A DNA stretch of 64,000 bases from Octopus sinensis (GCF_006345805.1 NC_042999.1:83390001-83454000), one strand, 5' to 3'. Positions 11,716-24,399 are shown, counted from the first letter of the stretch. Numbers and translations are program-made. Notes: generated from the letters alone by a model not told the origin.

Positions 11716-13168
11716 CTCTCCTACAATATTCGACAGTAGCTTTACTGATCAGTAGTAGATTCTACAACTACATGAAAGTTTGTAGAATTTCTTCTGTTTT
11801 TTTTCTGAATTGATGCAGGTAACGTGTTTTATATTGCAGTCAAAGTGCTAGTCACACATGAATCTGTAAGAATGAAGATTATGGGGGAGTTTTCCCCAGG
11901 TGATGTTTCTTGCTCTTTCAGCATGCCATTTATTTATTTTTGACATTACTTTTTGTCTATCTATTAAATGTTTCAATCAGAAGTTTGGAGACTTATCATT
12001 ACTCGATGACTTCTAGTCTTTGAAAGGAGTTTGGTACGGGCACCTATATGAACTCAACTTGTTGAGTTTATATGGACTCTCCCGATTGTGCAGTTGATGC
12101 ACTTGCTTTTAGTATTCTCATTCGTGGCGATATTTTTACTGGTTGTACAAATATCTAAATTGTTCTGCACTTGCTGTGGATACTGCACTATTTTCTACGT
12201 TGTTTTTGTTTCTATATATTTTTATTTTGTTTCACTTATCCCTTTATTGTAGAAGCCTTTTTTAATGTTATCATTCTTTATTACCTGCGTTAGTTATTTT
12301 TATAGTGTGTCTCTTTTTCGTAATATTTATTGCTTTACTCCAGTGATATTGATGTTCATTTAAGTTTACGATGGCCATCTATGCATTTTTCTATTGATAT
12401 TACTATTTTATAGTTATTTCATTCTTTGATCCATGGGAAAGTCTACCGATCTTAATTTTATTTGTCCCTTTACATCATCGCCATATTGAAACAACTTCTA
12501 TGTTTAGAACTGTCTATCTACAAAAAGGAAAAAAAAAAAAAAGAAAAGAAAAGAAAAACAAGTCGCATTCCCTTTTATTCAAATGATCTTCCGTATTTTA
12601 CTAGTTCGGCTTTTGAAGGACGTATACTAGAGTTTAATTTCATTTTGTTTTCTTATTTATTTTATTTGCTTTACACGTGCTAAGTCTATTTTAGTGGTTT
12701 ATGATTCCAATGTTTTTAACGTTAATGTTTTTATTAGCGTTCTTTGTAATTGTTGCTTCTGTTATTCTCTTACTCGTCTTCTTGTTTGCATTTTCACTGT
12801 ATAATCCTTATCTTAGGTTTTCTATTTCTATATCTGTTATCTATTTGATTTTGAGAAAGTATCTTATATTAGGCAGTCCGTTGGGATTCAAAGTTACTTA
12901 TAGATCAAGGATTACTTATTCCTTAGATTATTATATATTTATATTGAGTCAGTTTCTATTTCGGAAGTAAAGTGTAAAAATATGCTTGTTGTAAAGAATC
13001 GTATTCTTGTCGAGTCCATCCACATTGGTCTTGAGAAGTAAAGCTCAGTCTTTTCTTTAGATTATCATTCTCATCGAAAACCATTTTATTTGTTTTCGAA
13101 GACGCAAAGTTCTTTTCAATCCGTTTTTATTTATTTATATTTATTATAATTATATTGAACGTTTTATA

Positions 13169-13390
13169 AAGGCGGCGAGCAGACAGAACTGTTAGCACTC
13201 CGGACATAATGCTTAGCGGCGTTTCGTCCATCTTTACGTTCTGTGCTCAAATTCTGCCGTCGTCGACTTTGCTTTTCATCCTTTCGATATCGAAAAAATA
13301 AGCCTCAGTTAAGTACTAGGGTCGATGTAATAGATTAGCACATTCTTCCTCAAAATCTGTTTGCCCTGAGCTAAAATTTAAAATTATAAT
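13169..13390 (+). mobile_element. SINE S1, diverged
   Basis: AAGGCGGCGAGC head and S1 body. Confidence 0.75.
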
Positions 13391-13974
13391 TTTGAACGTT
13401 TTATGCAACAAATTCGAGGTACGCTTTATTCCTATAAAACTGGGTTGAATCAGAGTTTTAATTTCTGTGTGCGTAACAACATCTGTCTGGTAGGGATTTC
13501 ACTTGTGATCTCTTAGCTATATACATAGTAACTTATTCGACGATCACTGAGAAAAATTGCAATGTATTAAGTATATTAAGTAAAAAGCAATTAAATGTGA
13601 TTAATAAGATAATGAATTACCTAGACAGGTGTCTTTCAACATTTTCGTTATTTGTTTTCGAGTTTTTGTTTTGATTGTTATATTTCATCGATGTTAATGG
13701 ATATTTTCCTAAGCAGTAAATTAGCGATGTCTTCTTGTTATTTCGGTCGTGATACTATTAATTGTTATTATAATTATTTATCATATTTTCAACAGTTTCA
13801 TGTGAGATTCTATCGCATTACCAGGTGCACTTCCATGTGACACAGGTGTGTGTAGCATTGTCTTTTAGGAATGTAGAATCGTGTTTGTATAATGGATCTG
13901 TTTTGTACTAGAGTGTGGGCGGCTGATGTTTCTCATGTTATTTCAGTGTTTACGCCGATGGCTGTAGATAATAT

Positions 13975-14077
13975 GTGTGTGTGTGCGTGTGTATATGTGT
14001 GTATTGATGGATGGATGGATGGATAGATATGGATGTGTGTATGTATACGTATATATGTATCTATATGTATATATGTA

Positions 14078-14110
<33 letters not shown>

Positions 14111-14257
14111 ATATATATGTATGTATGTATATATATATGTATATATGTATATATATGTATGTATGTATATATACGTATATATATATGTATATATATATAT
14201 GTATATATTATGTATATATATATATATATATATGTATATTATGTATGTATATATACG

Positions 14258-14289
<32 letters not shown>

Positions 14290-14437
14290 TGTATATATAC
14301 ATATGAATATATGTATGTATATATATAAATATATGTATATATATATGAGTGTCTATATATATATATGTATTTATGTATATATGTATATATATATGTATGT
14401 ATGTATATATATATATATGTATGTATATATACATATA

Positions 14438-14468
<31 letters not shown>

Positions 14469-14530
14469 GTGTATATATCTATGTGTATATATATGGGCAT
14501 ATATATATTATATATATATATATATATACA
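13975..14530. repeat. Compound (TATG)/(TA)/(GGAT) microsatellite
   Basis: Direct reading; source of several spurious Y/I-rich ORFs. Confidence 0.95.
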
Positions 14531-14989
14531 ATGTAAATGCTGATGATTTGATTTGTTTCATGGTGTTTGTATTTCGTGTATGGTGTGTGGTAGATGTTTG
14601 ATATGTTTTAATGTCATCCGGTGAATGTGTGGATCATATAATCATGTACTGTGTGAATTATGTCGTAGTAACTGTGTATAGAGTGAGCCGTGTGAGTTGT
14701 TACTATAATGTCAGGTATTGATTAAACGAGGTAATGTTTTGTGTTGTTTTATTGGATGCTCATTGTGTTATGTATGTGTTGTCTTGTAGTACTTAGTGAT
14801 AATTTCTTTGTGTATGTAGTGTGAGAGGTAAGTTATTATACAGAACATGTGATGTGTACTGAGTGCGCTATTTCAGTTGTGCTTAAATGTGTCTTATGTA
14901 CGACGTGGGTCGTGCCTAGCAGAGCTAACACTCAGGCTGTGTGAAACGTTGTGAGTTCTGGTAATGTTCTTATTCCTATATTACGTCGT

Positions 14990-15190
14990 ATAGACGCCAT
15001 GATAGATCGTTAGCTACTACACATTTTTTTTTCTCTCCTTGTTTTTTTTCTGTGTATCTTTCTGTAGAAGAGCGTAGGCTCGAAACGTAAAAGACTTTTT
15101 CTATTCCTGAGCGCTATACTAATACATCTGTTTGTTTGTACACCACCTACCTTCGTCTTTTGTTTATTTTCGGAAACTTTCCCTTTATAT
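14990..15190 (+). mobile_element. Short repeat with hammerhead-like motif (Penelope pLTR-like)
   Basis: TCTTT-CTGTAGA-A-GAGC(GTAG)GCTC-GAAAC-GTA-AAAGA at 15057-15094: 5-bp stem I, 4-bp stem II, ACGT stem III. Confidence 0.6.
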
Positions 15191-15504
15191 ATAAGCGTGG
15201 GTATATGTAAGTGTTCTATTTATTTCTAATCATTTTTTTCGCTGAAGAAGGAAGAATTCTTGTGGATTAATCCAGAAATCGGTCCGATTCGGGAATAACG
15301 AATTTTAAAAAATTTCTGTTAGCTTTCCTCGTTTCAACACGCGGTGTATTTATAGTGAAAAGTATTGTATGTGGTTAGGCAATCTAAGGTCTATTTTTCA
15401 GCATATTGGCATAGAAAAATTTTTTGCCCTTTTTTTATAATTATGTGTGCGTGTGTGTGTGTGAGTGTGTATTTGTGTGTGTTTGTTAATACGTTAATTC
15501 CAAC

Positions 15505-15668
15505 ACATTTTTTTCTCTCTCCGTTTTTTTCTCACTATGTCCATTTTTTTTCTTCTCATCCCTTTCTGTCGAAGAGCGTAGGCGCGAAGCGTCAACGACT
15601 TTTCCATTCTTGCCTAGCCTTGTTCCTGCACCTGTCTTTGGCTTTTGTCTTCTGTACATTTGAACAAT
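15505..15668 (+). mobile_element. Short repeat with degenerate hammerhead-like motif
   Basis: CTGTCGA-A-GAGC(GTAG)GCGC-GAAGC-GTC at 15566-15593; homologous to the copies at 6625 and 14990. Confidence 0.55.
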
Positions 15669-15673
15669 ATATA

Positions 15674-16504
15674 AGTGGTCTGATCAATAAATATCCGGAC
15701 TGTTGCCATAGTAACAAAGCTAAAGCACGTAGACTAAAGCTGCTTGGCACAAATTGATCTTGAACTCTGCTGTGCATGCGCATTGAGTTTTTACGTTCTG
15801 GTTCACTTCCGTTCCGTACAGCAGTAATTGGAAGCAACGTACGCAACGTGTCATCGTTGCATTGAACATGACAGAGAAAGTTGAGTAGAGAATCTGCATC
15901 AAGTTTTACCAAAAGTTTGGTGATACCTGCTCAGAGGCCTACGCAAAGTTTTCAAATAAAAAAAAAATCCTGTTCTCAACACAATCAAGAAAGTCAACTG
16001 CAAGCAGTTTTGGTACTAACTTGGCAGACACGCATCTCATGCCCAAATCTTCAGTGATAATGGACTGAACTGAATCTGCACATCTTCGGATAACTCACGG
16101 ATGGTGATTCGACAATTTCTCCTCACAGCTGCATGCACATCTGCGATGTTTATCTCAGTTCTTCTGGTTGCGTGATTTCGAGAACGTTCGTCAATATCGA
16201 CATTGTTTCGGCCATCTTGGAAACGTCTGCACCACTCGAACACTTGCAGTTCATGCACTTTCTGCAACTTTGTGTAGGCTTCTGAGCAGGTATCGCCATG
16301 ACAACTTTCTCTGTCATGGTCAATGCGATGATCACACGCTACACACCTTCCTTCCAAGCACTACTGTAAACAGCAGAAGTGAACTAGAACGTTAAAACTT
16401 AGAGGACATGCATAGCAGAGTTCAAGGTTGCGGAGCGGCTTCACTCTGCGTGCTTTAGCTTCGTTACTATGGCAACAGCCCAGATACTTATTGATCAGAC
16501 CTCG
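15674..16504. mobile_element. Palindromic mariner derivative (two 5' ends head-to-head)
   Basis: Ends (A/G)GTCTGATCAATAA flanked by TA; both arms carry the transposase start (MTEKV..RICIKF; VFEWCRRFQDGRNNVDIDERS HTH); catalytic half absent. Confidence 0.8.
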
Positions 16505-16544
16505 TATATATGTGTGTGTGTAATATATCTATCTACATATCCAT

Positions 16545-16784
<240 letters not shown>

Positions 16785-16967
16785 GGATGGGAAATTATTC
16801 TCTTGTTCATTGATGTCGAAATTCGAGTATAAGTGGTAACTATTGAAATGTTTTTTATTTTTCATTCCCTTTGAAATCGACTTAATCCCTTTGTCTGTCC
16901 TTGTTTGTCCCCTCTATGTCTAGCTCCTTGTGGGCAATAATGAAATAAGAAATATTATTGCTATTGT

Positions 16968-17163
16968 TAAGGCAGTGAGATGGCAGAAATATTAGCAGCA
17001 TTTCTTCTGGCTTTAAGTTTTCAGTTCAAATTCCGTTTAGGTCGACTTTGCCTTTCATCCTTTCGGGGTCGATGAAATAAGTACCAGTCAAACGCTAGTG
17101 TCAATGTAATCGACTAGCCCCCCCCCCGCCCACAAAATCCAGGCCTTGTGTCTATATAGTAGA

Positions 17164-17165
<2 letters not shown>
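16968..17165 (+). mobile_element. SINE S1, tail B, running into (ATT)n
   Basis: S1 head and body, tail CCAGGCCTTGTGTCTATATAGTAGAA then (TTA)n to 17230. Confidence 0.8.
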
Positions 17166-17230
<65 letters not shown>

Positions 17231-17231
<1 letters not shown>

Positions 17232-17427
17232 TATGTTTCACTTTTGCTTTATGTCTGTACAAGTTGGCTCACCCAGAGACCTCGAGAGACAACAAGTTGG
17301 AAGTTCACGTTGTTGTTATGCCTAGTGCGCCATATATTTGGGGGAATATTTTGGTGTTGTACTAGTGAATGTCTAACACGTAAATAAAAAAAATAAAGTT
17401 TGTTTTAAACCTTGGGATTACATAGAG

Positions 17428-17433
<6 letters not shown>
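17231..17433 (-). mobile_element. R4/Dong lineage B 3' fragment
   Basis: Matches the last codons and 3' UTR of 31774-33164; (TAA)n on both sides. Confidence 0.85.
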
Positions 17434-17477
<44 letters not shown>

Positions 17478-17498
17478 CATTATTATTATTATTATTAC

Positions 17499-17546
<48 letters not shown>

Positions 17547-17642
17547 AAGAAGAGTGCCATTGTTATCTAGTGAACGATATTTCGTCATCTTGTGTGTCTT
17601 CAACTGGTTCAAAAAATAAATTTGTCAATCTACTTTATTTTG

Positions 17643-17706
<64 letters not shown>

Positions 17707-17708
17707 TA

Positions 17709-17742
<34 letters not shown>

Positions 17743-17745
<3 letters not shown>

Positions 17746-20700
17746 TAGTTTTATTTTATGGCGTGCTTTCACTTCACTACCGAGCGCAGCTCTGTGTGCC
17801 TTGGGTATGTGCTGTGATGCTCTGATGGTTATTGTATGAAAGTGTTCTGCGTAGGATGTGTGCAGTGCCTAGTAGTGCAATTTTCTGTATGTTATATGTT
17901 TTGTAAGTCCTGGTGTTTTGTTATGTATTTGTCTGAATATTTTTTTATCATGCCTAATGCACCTACTATGATAGGAATTGTTTCTGTTTTCAGATTCCAC
18001 ATTCTATTTACCTCTATTTCCAGGTCTTTGTATTTTGAGAGTTTCTCCATTTTTTTTAGAGACACGTTGTCATCTGCCGGTATTGATACATCAATTAGAA
18101 AGCATTTTTTTTCTTCATGATCTCTGACAACTATATCTGGTCTGTTGGCCTTAATTTCTCTATCTGTGTGTATCGGCATATCCCAGAGTATGGTTGCTTT
18201 CTCGTTTTCTGTGACCTTTTCTGGTGTGTGCCTATACCATCTTTTTTCTTTTGTTATTCCATAATGTTGGCATAGCTTCCAATGTATGTAGGTTCCAACT
18301 CTGTCATGTCTGTGAATATATTGCTTCTTAGCCAGGACTGGGCAGCTAGAGATAATATGATTTATTGTTTCTTGTCCATCTCCACATATTCTGCAGTTAT
18401 TGTAATATTCTTTTCATTACATGTTTTTGGTAATTCTGGTGGGGAGGCTTTGGTCTTGTGCTGCAATTAAAAATCCCTCTGTTTCTGCTTTGAGTCCTGA
18501 GCTTCTCAACCATTGCTGGGATTTTTCTTTGTCTATTTCTTTTGCGTTTAGTTTAGTCCAGTATTTACCATGAAGGGGCTTTCTTGCCATCGTTTTATCA
18601 TGGTTCGTTGCTGTTCTACTTTTAGTTTGGATTTCATTTGTTTTATAGCTTTTGTGTTTCTTCATCATTTTCTTCTTCTTCTTCGTGTTTATTAGTGGTA
18701 TGATTTCTTGTTTGTATTTGTCAGCTTCCTTAAATACTGAGAACATTTTTTGTTTTGCTCGTGTTTTGCTGCTATCTGGATCAGTTTTCCTTCCTTCTGA
18801 AGTAGGTATTTTTGCAGTCCTATGGTGGTTATTTTTATAGTTTTTTCCAGCTGTATAAGGCCTCTACCACCTTCTATACGTTGTATATATAGTCTTTCTA
18901 TGTCAGATTTTGGGTGATGCATCCTAGATCCTGTCAGTATTTTTCTTGTTTTCCTATCTATTTGGACAGTTCATTTCGTGTCCAGTTAAGGATATTGTAG
19001 CTGTAACTTATAACTGGGGCAGCTAAAGTGTTGATACCTATTATCTTGTTTTTAGCATTGAGCTCTGTTTTTAGTATTGATCTAACTCGTCTATAATATT
19101 CTTTTTTTTATTTTCTCTTTCATTTGTGTGTGTTGTGTCTTATCTAGTTCATGGATTCCTAAGTATTTGTAAGTTTGGCTTTGGTCTAATTCTTTTATTT
19201 CATTGGTTTATCTAGTGTGATGTTGTTACTCTTAACTAGTTTTCCTCTTTTCATGGTTACTTTGGCGCATTTTTCTAATCCAAATTTCATATCTATTTCT
19301 TTGGTAAATCCATGAACTGTCTTTAATAGTGTTTCCAGCTGTTTGTCATTTGCAGCGTATAGTTTTAGGTCATCCATATATAAAAGGTGGCTGATCGTTT
19401 TGCCGTAACATTTATATCCGCATCCAGTTCTATTTAGCATATCAGATAGAGGTGACAGTGCCAAGCAGAAAAGGAGTGGAGAGAGCGTGTCTCCCTGGAA
19501 TATTCCTCTTCTAATGGGGATGTCTTTGGTTTTCATGAGTCCCTCTTTTGTTTGGAGGTGTAGGACTGTTTGCCATTTATTCATAGAGTGCTCTATGAAT
19601 TTTATGATTGTTGGTGCTACTTTGTTAATGGCTAGTGTTTCGAGGATCCATGTGTGGGGGATGCTATCAAACGCCTTTTTGTAGTCAATCCAGGCCATAC
19701 TGAGGCCTTTCTTCTTTCTGTGGCTGTCTTCAGTTACGGCTTTATTAATCATTAGTTGATCTTTACAGCCATATGAGCCTTTGCGGCATCCTTTCTGCTC
19801 TTCTGGGAACAGTTTGTTTTCGTCCAGGTGCTTGTTCAGCCTTTGTGATATCACTGTAGTAAATGCCTTGAACATAGTAGGGAGGCAGGTTATTGGTCTG
19901 TAGTTTTCTGGTTTTGCTGTTTCATTTGATTTGGGAATTAAGATGGTTTTCCCCTTCGTGAGCCATTCAGGTATTGTCTCTGGCTCTGCTAGTATGCTGT
20001 TAAAGTTTTCAGCCAGCTTTTTGTGCATTCCTGTTAGATATTTCAACCAGAAGTTGGGGATCTTGTCATGCCCAGGTGCCTTCCAGTTGCTTAGTTTTTG
20101 CAGTGCCTGGGTGACCTCTTCAGTTGTTATGGGGGTCCAAAGTTGTTCAGATGCCGAGTTTGTATTTTGTAATCTTTTTTTTTTTTGGCTGTTCGTTCGC
20201 CGACCATATTTCTCTCCAGAATTCTTCCAATTCTTCTGCCGTTGGTGCTGCAGTGACTTCTATTTTATTTTTTCCCAGTTCTTGGTAGAACTTTTTGGGG
20301 TTGGTGTTGAACTTTTTGTTTTCTTCAAAGAAGCGTTGGCGTTTCTCGTACCGGCGGATCCTTTGAGCTTTGGCAAGGATATCTTGCTTCAGCTTTTCTT
20401 TTATCTCCGGCAAATTTTTTCTGTGGTGTTATTATTGCGGAGCATTTTGTTCTCTTTTTGTTGCTCGGTAGCGTTGATTGTTGCTGATTTCATTAAGAAT
20501 CGACAGGTCTTTTCTAATTTTTTAATTTTGTTTTGGATGTTATTTATCCACAGGGTTTGTTTGGGTGGTGGTACTCCTGTTTGGGCGGGTTTGGGTGAGT
20601 ATCCAGCTTCTTTGTGGCTGCAGTGGCTGCTGCGTATATCAAGTCATTTAGTTCAGTGATATCACTTTTGTTTGTTCAGTGGCTAGTTCAGTGACGGCTA

Positions 20701-21672
20701 GGTTTATGCTGTTTATAATTGGTGTTGTTATTTCGTTTATTTTTATTCTTGGGGAGGTATGGTCGGTGGTCCATTTTGGGCTCTGTGGTTTTCAGTTCTT
20801 TGATTATTTTATTTTATATTATCATAATCATTAGGCTCCTCTTCGTTGTTTACATCGTGTTTGTTGGGAATGTTGCGTTTGTCTTCGTGTTTTACAGTTT
20901 CAGTGTTTATATTATTGGGCATTGTTGTGTGGCTTCTATCTACATTTTCCTGGTGTATTTTTTCTTTTAAATGTTCTATTTCTATTTCTGATATTTTTTT
21001 GGCTTTGAGAATGTATCTTCGTACGTTAGCTAATTATTAGGGTTCATTGCTGTATCCAAGTCTATATCTCTATTATTTTCCTTCCATATTTTATATGTAT
21101 GTGTTGTTGTATTTTCATTTTGTGGGTAGAGCATTGCTGTGAAGTATGCGTGTAAGATAGAAATGTATTCCTCACGTGTCCATTTACGTCTTTTGGGTTT
21201 TATTTGCGGGACATGAGGTACAACGTCCGGCCCATTATTTTGACGGTCGTCATTTTCGTAGGGTACCGGTCCGTTTATTTCTGTTGTCACATTATTTCGC
21301 ACGTGTAGCTTTTCGTACATTTTTTGTTGTAAGTTTAATGTACGTACCGCTCGATTGTTATTCTTGGGTTGAATAGTATCGGTGGCATTTAATTTCTTCG
21401 TAGTTCCTTTGTACATGGTGTTTGAGGTCGGGGATGATCGTGATGTTCCACGCATGTTTACATGTGTTGTGTTAGAGGTGGAGATAATATCGAGTCAAAA
21501 TACATCATTTCGTTTCGAAAATAGTAATAAATTTCAATTAGTATTACTTACTCGGATACAGTCCAATTCTTTGTTAGTAAATCTTTGGCTCCATAGGATG
21601 TCCTTGTTTTCGATGTTTGTGGATAGATTTCGGAGCTCTGTATTTTCCTTCTTACATCTTAAACGTCCCCGG

Positions 21673-21674
<2 letters not shown>
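17743..21674 (-). mobile_element. Full-length R4/Dong-clade non-LTR retrotransposon, lineage A
   Basis: Single ORF layout: N-terminal Myb-like KRRKWTREE, RT (KAPGHD, NYRPITCL, QKGCRKG, GIFQGDTLSP, LYMDDLK, YKYLG), CCHC knuckle CRICGDGQETINHIISSC, REL endonuclease RPDIV..CFLIDVSIP..K..KY; both ends in (TAA)n. Confidence 0.93.
17829..21455 (-). pseudogene. R4/Dong RT-REL polyprotein, interrupted by 1-nt frameshifts
   Basis: ORF-track pieces 21030-21455, 20147-20413, 19195-20046, 18692-18922, 18417-18746 and 17892-18179 join into one protein ending RTLSIQ* at 17829-17831. Confidence 0.85.
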
Positions 21675-21729
<55 letters not shown>

Positions 21730-21799
21730 CATTACTATTATTATTATTACTATTATTATTATTTCTTTATTATTAAGTCTTAATGTGCCTGTCTATAAG

Positions 21800-21942
21800 T
21801 TTTGAGTTCAAAGTGGTCCACTTTGTCTTCCATCTTTTTGGGGGTCGATAAAATAAGTACCAGTGGAGCACTGGGTTCGATGTAATCGATTAAGTTCCCT
21901 TCCCGAAATTGCTGGCCTTGTGCCAAAATTTGAAGCCATTAT
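21800..21942 (+). mobile_element. SINE S1 3' part
   Basis: GGGGTCGATAAAATAAGTACCAG ... GGCCTTGTGCCAAAATTTGAA. Confidence 0.75.
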
Positions 21943-22779
21943 TTAGTCGTAATAGCAGTGGTGGTAGTGGTAGTAATAGTGGCAACAAAGTACAAGCCTA
22001 AGCAAAATAAAAAGAAAGTTAGACATTGCCTTGAATGGTGCAAAGCTGTGTGTGTAGTCTACATGGCTTCTTGAAAATGACCAAAGGTAATGAAGCGGTA
22101 TCAAACTACATTCAACCAAACGAAAATAACGAGCCAACTGAAAGCTTCTTAACAATTCAAGTCTTCAACTATCAAAACAACAAATTAGGAAAAAAAAGCT
22201 AGAAAAATAAACAGAGAAAATAGAAGAAAGGAAATAAGCTTTTTAACTGCCAACCGACTGAGAAGCCAGCCAGCCAGCCAACCAGCCAACGAACTAAACT
22301 ATCTATGTTCCTATCTATCTTCGTGCCAAATGCCAAACAAAGCAAATATTTGGAAGACATTAGTAAATCATTGTTGTGTTCTAACTCGGAATAAATTGGT
22401 CATAGAATTAATTCAATTAAAATGTTCCAAATGAAATCGCCAATTATTATTAATCATAACAAGAAGAAAAGGAAGAGCAACGATGTAAAGAAAGCCTGAT
22501 TAGATGAAATAATGTTCTTGAAAGGCAAAAAAAAAAAAAAAAAAAAGAAAAAGAAATGAAGGGAAAAAAAAAGAAAAGTAATTAATCGATTAGGAAATAG
22601 ATATGAAAATTGTTTATACATACATTAATACATTCGTACATATATGCCGATATAGACTTTTAATGAATGTAAGTCAATAGGTGCCACGTATACTTTTATA
22701 TGCACTTCTACACATTTATATTGTACAGAAAATACGTGTGTGTGTGTGTGTGTGTGTGTTACTGGATGTTTTAGCATTT

Positions 22780-23176
22780 CGCTTGGTTGTGTGGTAAGAA
22801 GTTTCCTTCGCAACCACATGGTTCAGGGTTCAGTCTCACCGCTCGGTACTTTAGACAAGTGTCTTCAGCTATGTCCTAAGTCAACCAAAGCATTGTGAGT
22901 GGATTTAGTAGTTGGAAACTGGAAGAAGCCCGGCATACATGTGTGTATGTGTGTACGTGTGCGCGTGTGTGTATGTGTGTGCGTCATTGTGTTTGTTTCA
23001 TTCAGAGATCAACAATCAGTTTTGGTTTGTTTACGTCCCTATAACTTAGCGGTTCGGCAAGATTGAGTAAATACCAGACTTAAAAATATAAATGCTAGGG
23101 TCAATTTGTTCACCCTTCAAAGCGTTGCCCCATCATGGCTACAATCCAGTAACTAAAACAAGCAAAAGATGAAAGA
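22780..23176 (+). mobile_element. SINE S2, diverged
   Basis: S2 head, CCAAAGCATTGTGAGTGGATTT core, internal (TG)n, S2 3' half. Confidence 0.75.
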
Positions 23177-23369
23177 AAAGATAAAAGATAGTTACCATCC
23201 CCAACCAAAGGCCATTGGTGGGTCATAGGCAATAATAGGGACGAATCCCTGGAGCAAAACAAATCTAACAACGAAAAACAAAAAAGTTTGAATTCGGTTT
23301 GTTGTTGTTTTATTTTTTTTGGTGCTAGTTTTATTCCTAATATACTTGTCTCAATTTTCTTTCTATCAT

Positions 23370-23935
23370 CAGGCGGTGAGTTGGCAGAAACGTTAGCACG
23401 TCGGGCGAAAAGCTTATCCGTACTTCGTCTGCCGTTAAGTTCTGAGTTCAAATTCCGCCGAGGTCGACTTTGCTTTTCATCCTTTCGGGGTCGATTAAAT
23501 AAGTACCAGTTACGCACTGGAGTCGATATAATCGACTTAATCCGTTTGTCTCTTCTTGTTTGTCCCCTCTGTGTTTAGCCCCTTGTGGGTAGTAAAGAAA
23601 TAGGCATTTCGTCTGCCGTTAGGTTGTGAGTTCAAATTCCGCCGAGGTCAACATTGCCTTTCATCCTTTCGGGGTCGATTAAATAAGTACCAGTTACGCA
23701 CTGGAGTCGATGTAATCGACTTAATCCCTTTGTTTGTCCCTTCTGTGTTTAGCCCCTTGTGGGTAGTAAAGAAATAGAAATTTCATGTGTATTTACGTTC
23801 TGAGTTCGAATTCCACCGCGGTATACTTTGCTTTTCATCCTTTCGGAGTCGATAAATTAAGTACCAGTTGCGTACTTGGGTCGGTCCAATCGACTGGTTT
23901 CCTCCACCAAAATTTCGGGCCTTGAGTAGAAAAGA
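23370..23935 (+). mobile_element. SINE S1 trimer (A-A-B)
   Basis: One full unit plus two headless units joined at ...AAGAAATAG / ATTTC... junctions. Confidence 0.85.
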
Positions 23936-24044
23936 ATTTTTTTCTATTACACTAATGCAGACCAAGGTACATTTTCCAGTATTCAGATTCCAGTGGGGTG
24001 GGGTTCACAATCATCATCGTCGTCGTCGTCGTCGTCGTTGTTAT

Positions 24045-24200
24045 CGCGGTGGATTGGCAGAATCGTTAGCACACCGGACATAATTCTTAGCGGCATTTCG
24101 CCTGCTTTTACGCTCTGAGTTCGAATTCTGCCGAGGTCGACTTTGCCTTTCATCCTTTCGGGGTCGATAAATTAGGTACCAGTGAAACATAGAGGTCTAT
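24045..24200 (+). mobile_element. SINE S1, 3' truncated
   Basis: S1 head and body. Confidence 0.75.
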
Positions 24201-24399
24201 CGTTATGATATTGTTGCATCCAACACTCGCCATGCTACTCCTTTCCTTCACTAGCAGAGTAATATACTTATTTTGTTTGTTCTCTTCATGGTAAATTAAT
24301 CTTTTAATAGAGAATGTAAGGTAAAGATGAAAATTAAAAATCAGTTAAGATTAAGAAATCTCTACTGTATGCACGTAAACATCTTTCGATATGCTTATC

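Noticed and set aside
19931-20659. 242-aa plus-strand ORF
   Set aside because: Antisense shadow of the A-rich R4/Dong ORF; no independent motif.
21560-21674. Possible HDV-like ribozyme in the R4 5' UTR, as known for some R2/R4/RTE elements
   Set aside because: I found only a 5-bp GCTCC/GGAGC helix and could not build the double pseudoknot by eye; it needs a descriptor search.
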